DNA from: Octopus vulgaris
Lineage: Eukaryota
Assembly (NCBI GenBank): GCA_951406725.2
Contig: OX597829.1
Coordinates: 23,684,001 to 23,748,000, forward strand
DNA length: 64,000 bases
Direction: 5' to 3'
A program made the translations under genes and the position numbers. Position 1 is the stretch's first letter; every line of letters starts with the position of its first letter. Under the pieces are notes generated by a model. The model did no database searches. It was not told the DNA's origin and saw only the letters and a program-made list of their open reading frames with translations. Positions 51,691 to 64,000 of this stretch are shown here, in pieces.

Positions 51691-52038
51691 ACAGGGTAGA
51701 TAAATTTACGGCTAGATTTCTGGAAGAAATTTAACATAATGGATGCTGTGGATAATATAGCTGAGTCGGTATAAAGTGAAACTTTCAACTTTGAATAGTG
51801 CTTGAAAAAATATATGGCTAGACTGTATCCAAGACATTACAAGTTTTCCTCAAGCAGAAAGTCTGCATCAAATTCGGAAAGCTATTGTGACACTTGCAAA
51901 GGATGTAGGATATAAAATCATATAAGGAAGAGTGGGGGTGACTGAGTTGTTAGTGTCCCAGAAAGGAAGTTTATCTAACGAGGAACTGATGCTTTTAGAA
52001 AAAGAACAAGCTGAGAGTACTGATGAGCCACTTGAATT

Positions 52039-52235
52039 ACTCTTACTCTTTTACTCATTTCAGTCATTTGACTGCGGCCATGCTGGAGCACAGCCTTTAG
52101 TCGAGCGAATCGACCCCAGGACTTATTTTTTGTAAGCCTAGTACTTATTCTATCGGTTCTCTTTTGCCGAACCGCTAAGATACGGGGATGTAAACACACC
52201 AGCATCGGTTGTCAAGCGATGTTGGTGGGGGAAAA

Positions 52236-52295
<60 letters not shown>

Positions 52296-52458
52296 CGACG
52301 GGTTTCTTTCAGTTTCCGTCAACCAAATCTACTCACAAGGCTTTGGTCGGCCCGAGGCTATGGTAGAAGACACTTGCCCAAGGTGCCACGCAGTGGGACT
52401 GAACCTGGAACCATGTGGTTGGTAAGTAAGCTACTTACCACACAGCTAATCCTACGCC
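52039..52458 (-). mobile_element. SINE A, full length
   Basis: Family A match. Confidence 0.9.
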
Positions 52459-53298
52459 TACAAAAACTGGCTACAAAAATTATTGCTGAAGGCTTGGCAC
52501 TTCTAGAAGAAGGTTTGCAAGGTCTTTATTGATAATGATCCTAATCGCGAACGTAATATAAAAATTACAAGAGGAATTTACAATGAACTCAGTTCCTATA
52601 CTGAGCTGTACAAAGAAACGATGTGTCATAAACAACAAACAAATTTAGATAAGTTCGTTACCATTCAAGCTTATGTTGGTGATAATGAATTGCAAGAAAA
52701 TATTGTCCCCCATCCTCCAAGAAACTCTCATTCCAGTAGCCAATCTTTTTTGTGGTAAGAAGGTACTCTTACCATATTACGATTCGTATTAATTCCCTAA
52801 CGTATTCGTCTTGAAATGTTTTTGTGTTTTTACGTATCTATATTGTACCGAACATGTTTAAAAAATTGTTATTTTCATGTATAATAATTACTGGTATCTT
52901 TATATATTAATATATTTTATATGTATAGCATAATATGTTAAACATGTATGTATATTCTTGTAATTGTCATTTTAGTTAAATAAATAAGTTAACATAATAT
53001 AATGTCTAAAGGTTGATGAACCACCTATTGATCCCCTCCATTTTCTTATTAGTCTATAAATTAATGGTAAAATATCGCTTTACCCTCATCCATTTAGTAC
53101 ACTCGGTAATGTAATTGCAATGCAATAAAAAACACTTGTGTATTAATAATTGGGAATTCTACCAGCAGTATATTAGATAAATATTATTTATCCCTTAGTT
53201 GGTTGGATTCACAACCTCTCACTTTCTTGGAATTAATTTATATATATATATATATATATATAAATTTTATAAGCTTAAAGCTTATAAGCGATTACCGT

Positions 53299-53450
53299 GC
53301 AATGACTAAAAAAAAAAGAAGTCTAATATTGAGGCATATAAGGCCTCGACAGAAAAAAAAGTAGCTTTTCCCACGCGTACTGGAAAAACCTACTTTTTTC
53401 CGCCGAGGGCTTATAAGCCTCAATATTAGATTGTTTTCGTTAGTCATTGC
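53299..53450. repeat. Imperfect palindrome in a TA-flanked element
   Basis: GCAATGACTAA..TCTAATATTGAGGC / GCCTCAATATTAGA..TTAGTCATTGC. Confidence 0.85.
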
Positions 53451-53462
53451 CCTTATGGTATC

Positions 53463-53985
53463 TGCGGTCCGTGCGTATCACTTAGGCTTACGAGAAAGGG
53501 ATGACCTCTCTTTGCAAATACCATAAGAGCACAGACCGTGTGTCTAAAGCCAGCTGATCTCCTGGGGCTAAAAGCTACAGTAACACCCACCCTTTGTGGT
53601 TAGCCATATTGAGATGGCTAGTATACTTTACATTGTCGAGCGGTTACAGTTTACATCTCGTTCAGAGATTTATTATTGCTTGCAGACAGTTTTTCGAAAT
53701 CAGTGACGGAAGTTACTAGAAAAACACTTAAGTATTTGCATACAAGGTCTTCCTTTTCGTCGTAAACCGGTGATTACCGCCCGTTCACAAGAGGCAACAA
53801 CCTCGAAACTGCGGTCCGTGCGTATCACTTAGGTTTACGAGAAAGGGATGACCTCCCTTTGCAAATACCATAAGGGCACAGATAATGTGCCTAAAGCCAG
53901 CTGGAGACGATGATCTCCTGGGGCTAAAAGCTACAGTAACACCCACCTTAGTGGTTAGCCATATTGAGATGGCTAGTATACTTTT
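53463..53985. repeat. ~170-bp direct repeat pair (53463-53630, 53809-53985)
   Basis: CTGCGGTCCGTGCGTATCACTTAGG...GATGGCTAGTATACTTT twice. Confidence 0.85.
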
Positions 53986-53987
53986 AC

Positions 53988-54043
<56 letters not shown>

Positions 54044-54074
54044 CGAAATGTTACCGCCAAGCAGTGTTTAGGCA

Positions 54075-54324
54075 TAAGCAAAATTTAGATTAGTTAAAAA
54101 ATTTTTGTGACATATTTCAACTGCTAAAAAGTAAATCCCCTGCAATTACCATTTTCTGCATGATAACTGCAGTGAATTTGCCTTTTAGCAGTTGGAATAT
54201 GGTCACAAATATATGTCTACCTGGGACAGGAAGTAAATATGTGCCGGGATAACTGCAGTGAATTTGCCTTTTAGCAGTTGGAATATGGTCACAAATATAT
54301 TACAACTAACCTAAATTTTGCTTA
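54075..54324. repeat. Imperfect fold-back with a partly duplicated right arm
   Basis: TAAGCAAAATTTAG...CTAAATTTTGCTTA; GATAACTGCAGTGAATTTGCC...CACAAATATAT twice. Confidence 0.8.
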
Positions 54325-54659
54325 CACACACACACATATATATATATATAGAGAGAGAGAGGTGGGGGGAGATGTATGTATATATCACCATAGCCGTCAC
54401 CTGCAAGCAATTATGATCTGGTAAGTGAAACGTTCAGGATATGGCAACTTCTAGGCTGCATCATATTAGACTGATTCTCATTATTCAACTGAACAACTGG
54501 AACAACGAGAAAAGAAGAGTTTTGCTCAGGACTGCAATGCGTTGCCCTAGCTAGGAACTGAACCCATGAGCGTATGTATTTATAAAACATATACAAACAC
54601 ATTGCAAACATAATAGGCCGAATACAATTGTTTGGAACTAGCATGAAAAAGTATGTACC

Positions 54660-55257
54660 TATTTCTTTACTACCCACAAGGAGCTAAACACAGAGAGGAC
54701 AAACAAGGACAGACAAACGGATTAAGTCGATTATATCGACCCCAGGTGTAACTGGTACCTATTTAATCGACCCCGAAAGGATGAAAGGTAAAGTCGACCT
54801 CGGCGGAATTTGAACTCAGAACGTAACGGCAGACGAAATACCTATTTCTTTACTACCCACAAGGGGCTAAACACAGAGAGGACAAACAAGGACAGACAAA
54901 CGGATGAAGTCGATTATATCGACCCCAGTGCGTAACTGGTACCTATTTAATCGACCCCGAAAGGATGAAAGGTAAAGTCAACCTCGGCGGAATTTGAACT
55001 CAGAACGTAACGGCAGACGAAATACCTATTTCTTTACTACCCACAAGGGGCTAAACACAGAGAGGACAAACAAGGACAGACAAACGGATGAAGTCGATTA
55101 TATCGACCCGAGTGCGTAACTGGTACTTATTTCATCGATCCCGAAAGGATGAAAGGTAAAGTCGATCTCGGCGGAATTTGAACTCAGAACGTAACGGCAG
55201 ACGAAATACGGCTACGCATTTCGCCCGGCGTGCTAACGTTTCTGCCAGCTCGCCGCC
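54660..55257 (-). mobile_element. SINE C trimer (183-184-bp period, one head)
   Basis: TACCTATTTCTTTACTACCC at 54656, 54839, 55023; flanking ATGAAAAAGTATGTA duplication. Confidence 0.92.
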
Positions 55258-56221
55258 ATATGAAAAAGTATGTAAAAAGTGGTCAGTTGTTTTACTGAAG
55301 TGAATACCTCTTCGTAAATCAAAGAGGAATATGATAACTATGGACAACTACTTCAAAACCCTCATGCTCTATACCCAGATTATAAAGCCACATAAATACC
55401 AGGTACTTGGTTTTGCGAGTAAATACCTAAATGATAATCTTGAAAAACCAGGCTTTTTGTTTTTTTTAAAAAAAGGGAAATCAACCGGTTAACACGCGCT
55501 TTACAAATACGTACAATCCGTAAATGGAATTTTAAAAATTTGTGCAAGACTCTTAAGTTTAAAATGTGACATTTTTCCAATAAAGGAGCTTTGTAGCTTT
55601 ATTAGAAACCAGTTCCTTCCTTACAGGAAGACCTCAAATAATAAAAAGTAGAAGGGGACATGTGTGTGTGTGTGTGTGTGAGTGTGTGTACGCGCGCGCA
55701 CACACACACAGCTTAATTTAATAGAGCAACGGAATACTCAATACATTCTGTAAAGTATAGATAATTAAAATTAGTCACTTGACGAAATCATCTGACCGAA
55801 TTAATAGGAATAGTAATCCCTTCTACTAAAGGCAAAAAGGCCTGAAGTTTGGGAAGAGGGGGCTAGTTGATTCCATCGATCCCAGTGCATAATTAGTACT
55901 TTCAGTTTCCGTCTACCAAATCCACTCACAAGGCTTTGGTCGGCCCGAAGCTATAGCAGAAGACACTTGCCCAAGGTACCATGCAGTGGGATTGAACACT
56001 GAACAGTGTAGTTCGGAAGCAAGCTTCTTACTACACAGCCATGCCGGCACTTATTCGATGTTTAAAAAAGTCTCATTATAGCTTTATAATTAAACAGGAT
56101 TTGTATTTTAAAAAATTGTTGAAATATTTTGATTACTATAGAAGTATAACCATTTACTGCACATAAATTCTTATGTGGAACCGCGAGGGCCATGTGGACC
56201 CTGGTTAAGAACCACTGATCT

Positions 56222-56614
56222 AGAGACACCCAACCATATTTACAGACTTCTTAGGGGAATATTGTCAACACTTGGAGACTTCTCTGATTTTGCCTGAAAA
56301 ATGGTATCTGTGGGATACAGTCCAGAGTTTCAGTAGAAATTGTTGAGGCCCCATTTAAGAGTCGACTAAAATGTTCCCGCCAGCACTTCACGGTATCAGG
56401 AATATTTATATGTATCTGTGTGTATGCAATCGGCGTGGCTGTATGGTAAGAAGTTTGTCTCCCTATCACATGAATACGGGTTCAGTCCCACGGCGTGGAA
56501 CCTTTCGGCAAGTGTCTTCTACTGTTGCCGCGGGCTGACCAAAACCTTGTGAGTGGATTGGTAGACGGAAACTGAAAAGAAGCCCGTCATGAGTGTGCGT
56601 GTGTGTGTGTACTT

Positions 56615-56645
<31 letters not shown>

Positions 56646-56880
56646 CATGCGTGCGTCGTTGTGTCTGTCTGTTTGTTCCCCCCACCATTACCACTGCTTG
56701 AGAACTGTAACACAGTGGATCGGCAAAAGAGATCGATAAAATAAGTACCAGGCTTCAAACAAAAAACAAGTACTGGAGTTGATTCATTCGACTAAAAATT
56801 CATCAAGGTGGTGCCTCAGCATGGCCACAGTCTAATGACTGAAACAAGTAAAAGACTAATGATAAAAGATATACATGCGT

Positions 56881-56933
<53 letters not shown>

Positions 56934-57210
56934 CGTGTGTACGATTGTATACACGCAGATGCATACATATACATATGTATGGCGCACTTGAAACAAATGT
57001 AAACTTTGGTCAGGCGGAAGGAGTCGTAATGATGACTGTGTCCTTCTTTGGCGCTTCTCATCTGCCACAATTGTTTCGACCTTCTGAAAACTGCTTGCTG
57101 TGTAGCATGGATGCAATCTAGCCACACCTCTTCCTTTGTTGCGACTTCTTTCCTCCCTGAGGGATCGTGAGAAATGATGTTTGGAATGCCCATAAGACGG
57201 ACGCCCTCAT
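56222..57210 (-). pseudogene. RTE LINE fragment split by SINE A (56430-56860)
   Basis: KCWREHFSRLLNGASTISTETLDCIPQ is typical of the RTE pre-RT linker. Confidence 0.65.
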
Positions 57211-57315
57211 TATCTCTTTACTTATTCCTCTGTTGATGAAAAAACAAAAATATTGAGTTTCTTGAAGTGCTGCCACGACAAAAGTTCAGAATTTTCTAGG
57301 GTATGGGAAATACGT

Positions 57316-57622
57316 GGAGGCGCAATGGCCCAGTGGTTAGGGCAGCAGACTCGCGGTCGAAGGATCGCGGTTTCGATTCCCAGACCGGACGTTATGTGTG
57401 TTTATTGAGCGAAAACACCTAAAGCTCCATGAGGCTCCGGCAGGGAGTGGTGGCGACCCCTGTTGTACTCTTTCGCCCCAACTTTCTCGTTCACTCTTTC
57501 TTCCCGCGATGGAGTGGCGTCCCGTCCAGCTGGGGGGGGGGGGCATACGCCACAGAAAACGGGAAATCGGGCCCATGAGCCTGGCTAGGCTTGAAAAGGG
57601 CGCATAAATAAAAAAAGAAAAT
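57316..57622 (+). mobile_element. SINE B, full length with TSD
   Basis: tRNA head TGGCCCAGTGG / GTTTCGATTCC; 3' end shared with 23963-24220; ATGGGAAATA on both flanks. Confidence 0.88.
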
Positions 57623-57709
57623 AATGGGAAATATATATAAGTTGACGATCATCGCAACTCTTTCATTTCTACATCACTGTATTGCAGCTCCAATTTTTAA
57701 ATATTTTAG

Positions 57710-58520
57710 GGCGGTGAGCTGGCAGAATCGTTAGCACACCGTGCAAAATGCTTAGCGGTATTTCGTCTGCCGGCGAGCTGGCAGAAACGTTAGCACGCCG
57801 GGCGAAATTTCGTCTGCCGCTACGTTCTGAGTTCAAATTCCGCCGAGGTCGACTTTGCCTTTCATCCTTTCGGGGTCGATTAAATAAGTACCAGTTAAGC
57901 ACTGGGGTCGATATAATGGACTTAATCCGTTTGTCTGTCCTTGTTTATCCTCTCTGTGTTTAGCCCCTTGTGGGTATTAAAGAAATAGGTATTTCGTCTG
58001 CCGAAGTCGACTTTGCCTTTCATCCTTTCGGGGTCGATAAATTAAGTACTAGTTACGCACTGGGGTCGATGTATTCCACTGAATACCTATGTCTGTCCTT
58101 GTTTGTCCCCTCTATGTTTAGCCCTTTGTGGGTAATAAAGAAATAGGTATTTCGTCTGCCATTACATTCTAAGTTCAAATTCTGCCGAGGTCGACTTTAC
58201 CTTTCATCCTTTCGGGGTCGGTAAATTAAGTATCAGTTACGCACAGGGGTCGATGTAAGTCCTTTGGCTGTTTTTGTTTGTTCCCTCTATGTTTAGCACC
58301 TTGTGGTCAATAAAGAGATAAGAATCATTAGCACATCGGGCAAAATGTTTGGCGGCATTCCATCCGTCTTTACGTTTTTGAGTTCAAAATTCTGTTCAGG
58401 TCGACTTAGCTTTTCTTCCTTTCGGATAGATAAATGTGTACCAGTTGACCGCTGGGATCGTTGTAAACAAGTATCCTGCTCCCCTGAAATCGCTGGCCTT
58501 CTGTTAAAATTTGAAACCAA
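57710..58520 (+). mobile_element. Nested SINE C cluster
   Basis: Headed copy 57772-57987 flanked by GGTATTTCGTCTGCC duplications; further units; ends in an old-subfamily body. Confidence 0.9.
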
Positions 58521-58775
58521 TATTTAGACATGTAGATTCCTCTCACCACTCCGATTTCCACACATTTTAAGAACGGTTTTATTGCCATTGTTGGTTTACC
58601 TTCTGACTCACTGATTCCTACGTATCTTACAAATAAAGAATTTCAAGAATAAATGTTAATCCTTTATGAAAAATTCAATTATGTTCCAGAAAAACGCATA
58701 TATCTTCTTCAAGGACAATTCTGTATAGCTACTTTTATATACATACAAGCCTATATGTACACGCATGTATGTACA

Positions 58776-58864
<89 letters not shown>

Positions 58865-59409
58865 GTCTGTCTGTCTGTCTATTTGTTTCAGTCATTCGAC
58901 AGCGGCCATGCTGGGGCACGGTATTGAGGGATTTTAGTCGAACTAATCGACCTCAATAATTATTTTCTTTTCAAGCCTGGTAATTATTTTATCGATGTCT
59001 TGACGCAAAGTATTCCATAGATATAAAAGAAAAATGGTTGAGAAACAATGTGCAATCTTTGAAAAATGGATAATGTATTCCTCAGTACCCATAAAATCTG
59101 TACGGTCATGGATGGAACGCCTTTTATCACAGGTCTACTCTATTGGGTAACTTGCTGCTAAATAGTATTAGTGAGGCCCCCTCTCTCAAGTCACTCGAAC
59201 TACAAGAAGTGGCGGACAAAGGTTTCTCAAATCACACCCTACAATCTTTAAAAGAATATGTGTGCATGAATGGGTGGAAGATGTGATCCATGATATTATC
59301 AGATGGAATGGACACTGTCTGGAATATCCTTTGATTAAAGGCCTTCTCCATTAGGGTTGAAAAACAAGGTTAAATAAAAGACAAAGGGTTCACAGCAGCA
59401 GACGATCAT

Positions 59410-59542
59410 TAATGTTGCTACTACTACCGCCACCACGACCGACACCTACAACCACCACCACCATTACCACTGCCACTGCCACTTGCCACTGCCGCCGTTG
59501 CTGTGACTGTTGCTACTACTATTACTACTACTACAACTACTA

Positions 59543-59587
<45 letters not shown>

Positions 59588-59611
59588 CTACTACTACTGC
59601 TGCTGCTGCTG

Positions 59612-59699
<88 letters not shown>

Positions 59700-59720
59700 A
59701 GTAGTGGTAGCAGCAGCAAT
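59410..59720. repeat. (CTA)n/(CTG)n trinucleotide block
   Basis: Directly visible. Confidence 0.95.
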
Positions 59721-60134
59721 TCCAGCAACAGATTAGGAACAACCAGATGAGTGGCAATTTTCAGCGAGATTCCAAGGCAATAAATTTAACCATCTCTAAA
59801 TTCTGAGACGAAAATGTCGCTTCCTGATCTTAGCCAACTTTTTGGTTTTGCAATTTTACTGTCGCTGACTCTCCTCCTCCTCCCACTTAGTGTTGCCTCT
59901 TACACACCTTTTTCTTCCCTCTCTCCTCTCTCATTCTCGCTCTCTTCCCGAAATCCTCATTTATTTCATAATTCTTCTCAATCTTCATATTCTGCTCAGC
60001 AGAATCATTTCTGATGAATTTCTAATGAATTTGGAATAGGTCTGTCTGTCTATATGTCTATCTTTATGCCTTCATCTCATCTTTCCCTCCCCTCTCTCTA
60101 TATACATGCATATATGTGTGTGTGTGAGTGTGTA

Positions 60135-60184
<50 letters not shown>

Positions 60185-60341
60185 TTGTTGTTTCAGTCAT
60201 TAAAATGCGGCCATGCTGGAGCACCGCCTTGAAGAATTTTTAGTCAAATGAATCGAGCCCATTCTATCAGTCTATTTTGTCGAACTGCTAAGTTACGGTG
60301 ATTAAATGCACCAACACCAATTGTCAAGCAGTAATGGGGGC

Positions 60342-60390
<49 letters not shown>

Positions 60391-60540
60391 CAGGCTTCTT
60401 TCAGTTTCCGTCTACCATATCCACTCATAAGAGTTTGGCCGGTCCAAGGCTTTAGTAGAAGACACTTGCGCAAGGTGCCACGCAGTGGGACTAAAACCGG
60501 AAATATGTAGCTGAGAAGCAAGCTTCTTACTACACAGCTG
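60185..60540 (-). mobile_element. SINE A, older copy
   Basis: Family A match. Confidence 0.8.
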
Positions 60541-60686
60541 CATACATACACACATGCTTCTCAACCACATAATTCCGGGTTCAGTCCCACTGCGTGGCAC
60601 CTTGGGCAAGTGTCTTCTACTATAGCCTCGGGCCGACCAAAACCTTATGAATGGATCTGGTAGACGGAAACTGAAAGAAGCCCATC

Positions 60687-60740
<54 letters not shown>

Positions 60741-60764
60741 GACGTATATATACATATGTATATA

Positions 60765-61353
60765 TATATTTAAAGCTGTATGTGGTTATAATGTGGCCAC
60801 ATTTGAAATTTTCATCACCAGTCTGGAACCCTTATCTTGCTCAGGACATTGACCTCCTGGAAACTGTTCAGAGACGTGCAACCAAGCGAATACTCTCCAT
60901 CAGGTATCTACCATTCACTGAACGCCTTGCTTCCCTGGGCATGGCTACATTGAGGCTCCGACGTCGGGCATCTGATTTGGTAAGCACCACAAAATTATTA
61001 ACCATCGCACCTTGAACACCTTTTTGAGCTTCATGTGTCCGACACATGTGAGCATGTCAGAAACAGCACAGCTCCCATGACTTTCGGAAACATTCTTTCA
61101 CACCCAGAGTTGCTGAAGCATGGAACAAAATGCCTGCATCAGTTGTTAGTCGCCAAGAAATTGCATCCTTTAAAACCTCCATACTTCCTGAAATTCGCCA
61201 ACACTACACCTGATATACCCACTCCATCTGCATGCACACATGTATATCATGACTCGTATACTGTTCATTTTCCTGACTTTTGTACATAATTCTATGCACT
61301 GTACATGCACCTTTGATGAGTTGTAGTGCACCTGAGCACTATACACAATAATT

Positions 61354-61421
<68 letters not shown>
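60765..61421 (+). mobile_element. CR1 LINE 3' fragment with (ATT)n tail, inside a SINE A (60555-60690 and 61425-61655)
   Basis: PHLKFSSPVWNPYLAQDIDLLETVQRRATK..ERLASLGMATLRLRR..DL. Confidence 0.88.
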
Positions 61422-61425
<4 letters not shown>

Positions 61426-61655
61426 CTATGTGCGTGTGTGTCTTTCTGTCTGTGCTGGCCCCCTCCACCGATTGACAACCGGTGTTAGCGCGTTTATGTC
61501 CCCGTAAAATAGCGGTTCGTCAAATGAGACTGATAGCTTAAAAAAGGCACTTGTCTTTAAAAAAATATAAATCCTGGCGTCAGTTTATCCGAACAAAACC
61601 CTTTAAGGCGGCGGCCCAGCATAACTGCAGTCAAATCATTAAAACAAGTAAAAGA

Positions 61656-61868
61656 TGTGGGGTGTTGAAAAGTTTTGACTTAAGGGTGCCAGAAAAGGCC
61701 TGGATGGAGGCTCAACCTTCCAAGTTCTTTTACAAGGCTTAGAAAAAACTGAAGCACTGCTACAATAAGTGTGTGAATCTGAGGGAGGGATATATCGAAT
61801 AAAATCGTAATTAACTGATGTTAATGTGTTCTTTTACCCAAAGCCAGGAACTTTTCAGCACACTCTCA
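61656..61868 (+). mobile_element. Mariner-derived MITE (internally deleted)
   Basis: TIRs GTGTTGAAAAGTT / AACTTTTCAGCAC; residual C-terminus KAWMEAQPSKFF..LEKLKHCYNKCVNLREGYIE*. Confidence 0.75.
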
Positions 61869-61882
61869 CACACACACACATA

Positions 61883-62395
61883 TCTATATATATATAACTG
61901 TAGTTGTGTGAGTGTCTGTCTCCTACGATTTAGATTCCTAACTACTCCCACATTTTGCGGTGCAGTTTAACCAAATTCGGGTATCTTATAGTCGTGATTA
62001 ATATCGAGCCCGTCTGGCTATTAGCGCGCGTCTACGATGAGTCTACGATTTAAAAAATAATTTAACATCATTTTTTATTCCATTTTAATGCATAATTTTT
62101 CGTGTGTCGATGGCGGCGGAGTTGGCGTCCACGCTCACAGCTGCACCTGTTTGCTTCTCCCCCTTCTTCCCTCCCTCGTGAAGCTGTGGGGAAGGGAGTG
62201 TAAGGAAATCAACGTCGTAATGCGTTGTCAAGGAGACCAGCGTTCTTTTAGAACAACGACTTCATGGCTTGAAGACACCAAAAGAGAAATGGCTAAGAAA
62301 GCCCGAATTGGCATCTATAAGAGAAGTAACTCTCTAAAAATGCTTATATAGTTATTTCCCTTACAAACCCGAGCAACGCCGGGCGATACTGCTAG
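61883..62395 (+). mobile_element. Non-autonomous Helitron H1, complete
   Basis: A|TC...CCCGAGCAACGCCGGG...CTAG|T. Confidence 0.92.
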
Positions 62396-62516
62396 TATAT
62401 ATATAAAGTTAATCCAAACATGAAAACACAGAGAGAAGACACCAGAACGTGAGGACGTGGAACAAGTATAGTATTATTGGACGCTCAAGAAAGAAGGAAA
62501 GAAGGAAAGAAGGAGG

Positions 62517-62551
62517 GTTTAACGTTTCGAGCGGAGCTCTTCGTCGGAAAC
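62517..62551 (-). ncRNA. Minimal type I hammerhead motif (U4>C) in family P1 element 62409-62630
   Basis: GTTT-CCGACGA-A-GAGC(TCC)GCTC-GAAACGTT-AAAC; palindromic ACGT stem III. Confidence 0.65.
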
Positions 62552-62847
62552 ATAGGAAAAGGAAAAATCCAAAGGAGGGAAGACGGAGGGAAGACGGAGG
62601 GAAAAAAATCGCCAACGGTACACACGCGGTCTTCGTTTTGAGATTTGGTTTGCAAGATTCTTTATATGAGTTCATGTGTTGAAGCATATTCAGTTGTGTC
62701 TGGGGAGAGTCATCTTCTTTTTGTGCCTTATAATGTAACAGACTCACCGGTAAAATTTCCACTTATTTCTTATTTTCATTTTCCTAAAATTTTCGTTGTG
62801 TCTTGCAACCTTTTCAATAGTCTTGACTCTGTCCGTTATGTGTGGGT

Positions 62848-62889
<42 letters not shown>

Positions 62890-63579
62890 CTATACATGCA
62901 TGTACGTATGTATGTATGTGTGTGTTTGCATGTGTATGTATGTATGTATATATGTGTGTGTATGCATATGTATGTGTGTGTGTGCATCTGTATGTACGTA
63001 TCCTGCATATTTATGTGCTTGCCTGTCCGTGTTTGTGTATTTTCTATGTATGTGTGTGTGAGCATGTGTTTGTATATGTATGCACCTCTGTCTCCTTGTG
63101 TGTGCATGTGTGTGTGTGTGTGTGTGTGTTATGCAACTAAGTACCATGTTTGTATGTATGGACGTGCATCTTTATATGTGTGGCTCCATGTCTCCATATG
63201 TGTCTATTCTTGTAACCTATGTACCTATCCGTCTGTATGTTGATCTGTTTATTTTCATATCTATATGCTTACATACAGAAAAAAAGAAAAGAAAAAAGGT
63301 GCACACACACACACTCACACCCACACACATACATTTATCTACCTAACAGTCTACTAACTATTCTACTCTACTTGTGTAAACTGTGGGTATGGAGGTATTT
63401 GCATTTGGACAATAAATACCAATAAAGTTATATTAAATACTATACAAAGATACTTAAAAGTAGATGTCACTATACACACACACACACACGTGTGTGTGTG
63501 TATATGTATGTATATTTAGGCAAATAAAAAATAAAAACCAAAACAGTAAAAACAGGGGAAAAAAAGCGAAAGTCAAAAA

Positions 63580-63615
63580 GGTGTAACGTTTCGAGCATGG
63601 CCCTTTGGCAGAAAG
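63580..63615 (-). ncRNA. Decayed hammerhead motif, P1-related
   Basis: CTGCCAA-A-GGGC(CAT)GCTC-GAAACGTTA; core mutated. Confidence 0.4.
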
Positions 63616-63693
63616 AGGAAGGAGGAAATAGTCCAGAGAGAAGGAAAAGAATAGTCAGTGGATTTTGTAGACGGAAACGGAAAGAAGCCCGTC

Positions 63694-63759
<66 letters not shown>

Positions 63760-63762
<3 letters not shown>

Positions 63763-64000
63763 CCGGTCAACGAGAAGAGCGAGATGGAAAAAGTTTGTGA
63801 AGACTTCTACACCAAGCTCTTTAAGTCTACCAGAAATGTCCAGCCGTTACCACCACTCCAACAGGAAGAAAACGTGCCACCTATCCTTGTCAGTGAGGTT
63901 GAAAGAGCCATCGGCTCGATGAAAAACGGAAAGGCTCCAGGGAAAGACGGTATAACATCGGAGGTGCTAAAGTCAGGCAGAGACCAGCTCTGGAAAATCC
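63760..64000 (+). mobile_element. RTE LINE, 5'-truncated; open frame runs off the window
   Basis: CEDFYTKLF..PPILVSEVERAIGSMKNGKAPGKDGITSEVLK (RT domain 0). Confidence 0.9.

Larger units (their letters stand above)
50200..52770 (+). pseudogene. Tigger/pogo transposase relic, interrupted by CR1 and SINE A insertions
   Basis: KKIT..IKLEVLK (HTH), ASKGWLERFK, GGYIPEQVYNVD*TALF*KHMPARTYFS..PGFKASK, YIPKNATSLLQSMDHGMIANFK. Confidence 0.9.

Overview
Eukaryotic, AT-rich, repeat-saturated DNA. The SINE families and very dense microsatellites look like an octopus (coleoid cephalopod) genome, most likely intronic or intergenic; this is recognition from memory, not a database match. I found no complete protein-coding gene, and nearly all listed ORFs are microsatellite or SINE artefacts. 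Identifiable content: three tRNA-headed SINE families (here A, B, C) and a (GAT)n-tailed family D; four non-autonomous Helitrons plus a RepHel relic; CR1/L2, RTE and RLE-type (R4/Dong-like) LINE fragments; mariner, DD41D, Tigger, Merlin, MULE and hAT transposase relics; MITEs; and solo LTRs. Highlights: (1) short elements embedded in (TA)n tracts that carry minimal hammerhead-ribozyme motifs and/or long fold-back palindromes, a Penelope-like architecture; these include a 69-bp-arm hairpin with a hammerhead on each strand and a perfect 156-bp palindrome; (2) SINE C target-site duplications repeatedly begin with GGTA, and one copy has inserted into the GGTATTTC of its own family, which explains its tandem arrays; (3) a CR1/L2 LINE sharing its 3' end with SINE A; (4) a candidate symmetric Cys-rich exon at 46627-46758 and a promoter-like island with a perfect heat-shock element. 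Boundaries of degenerate relics are approximate.
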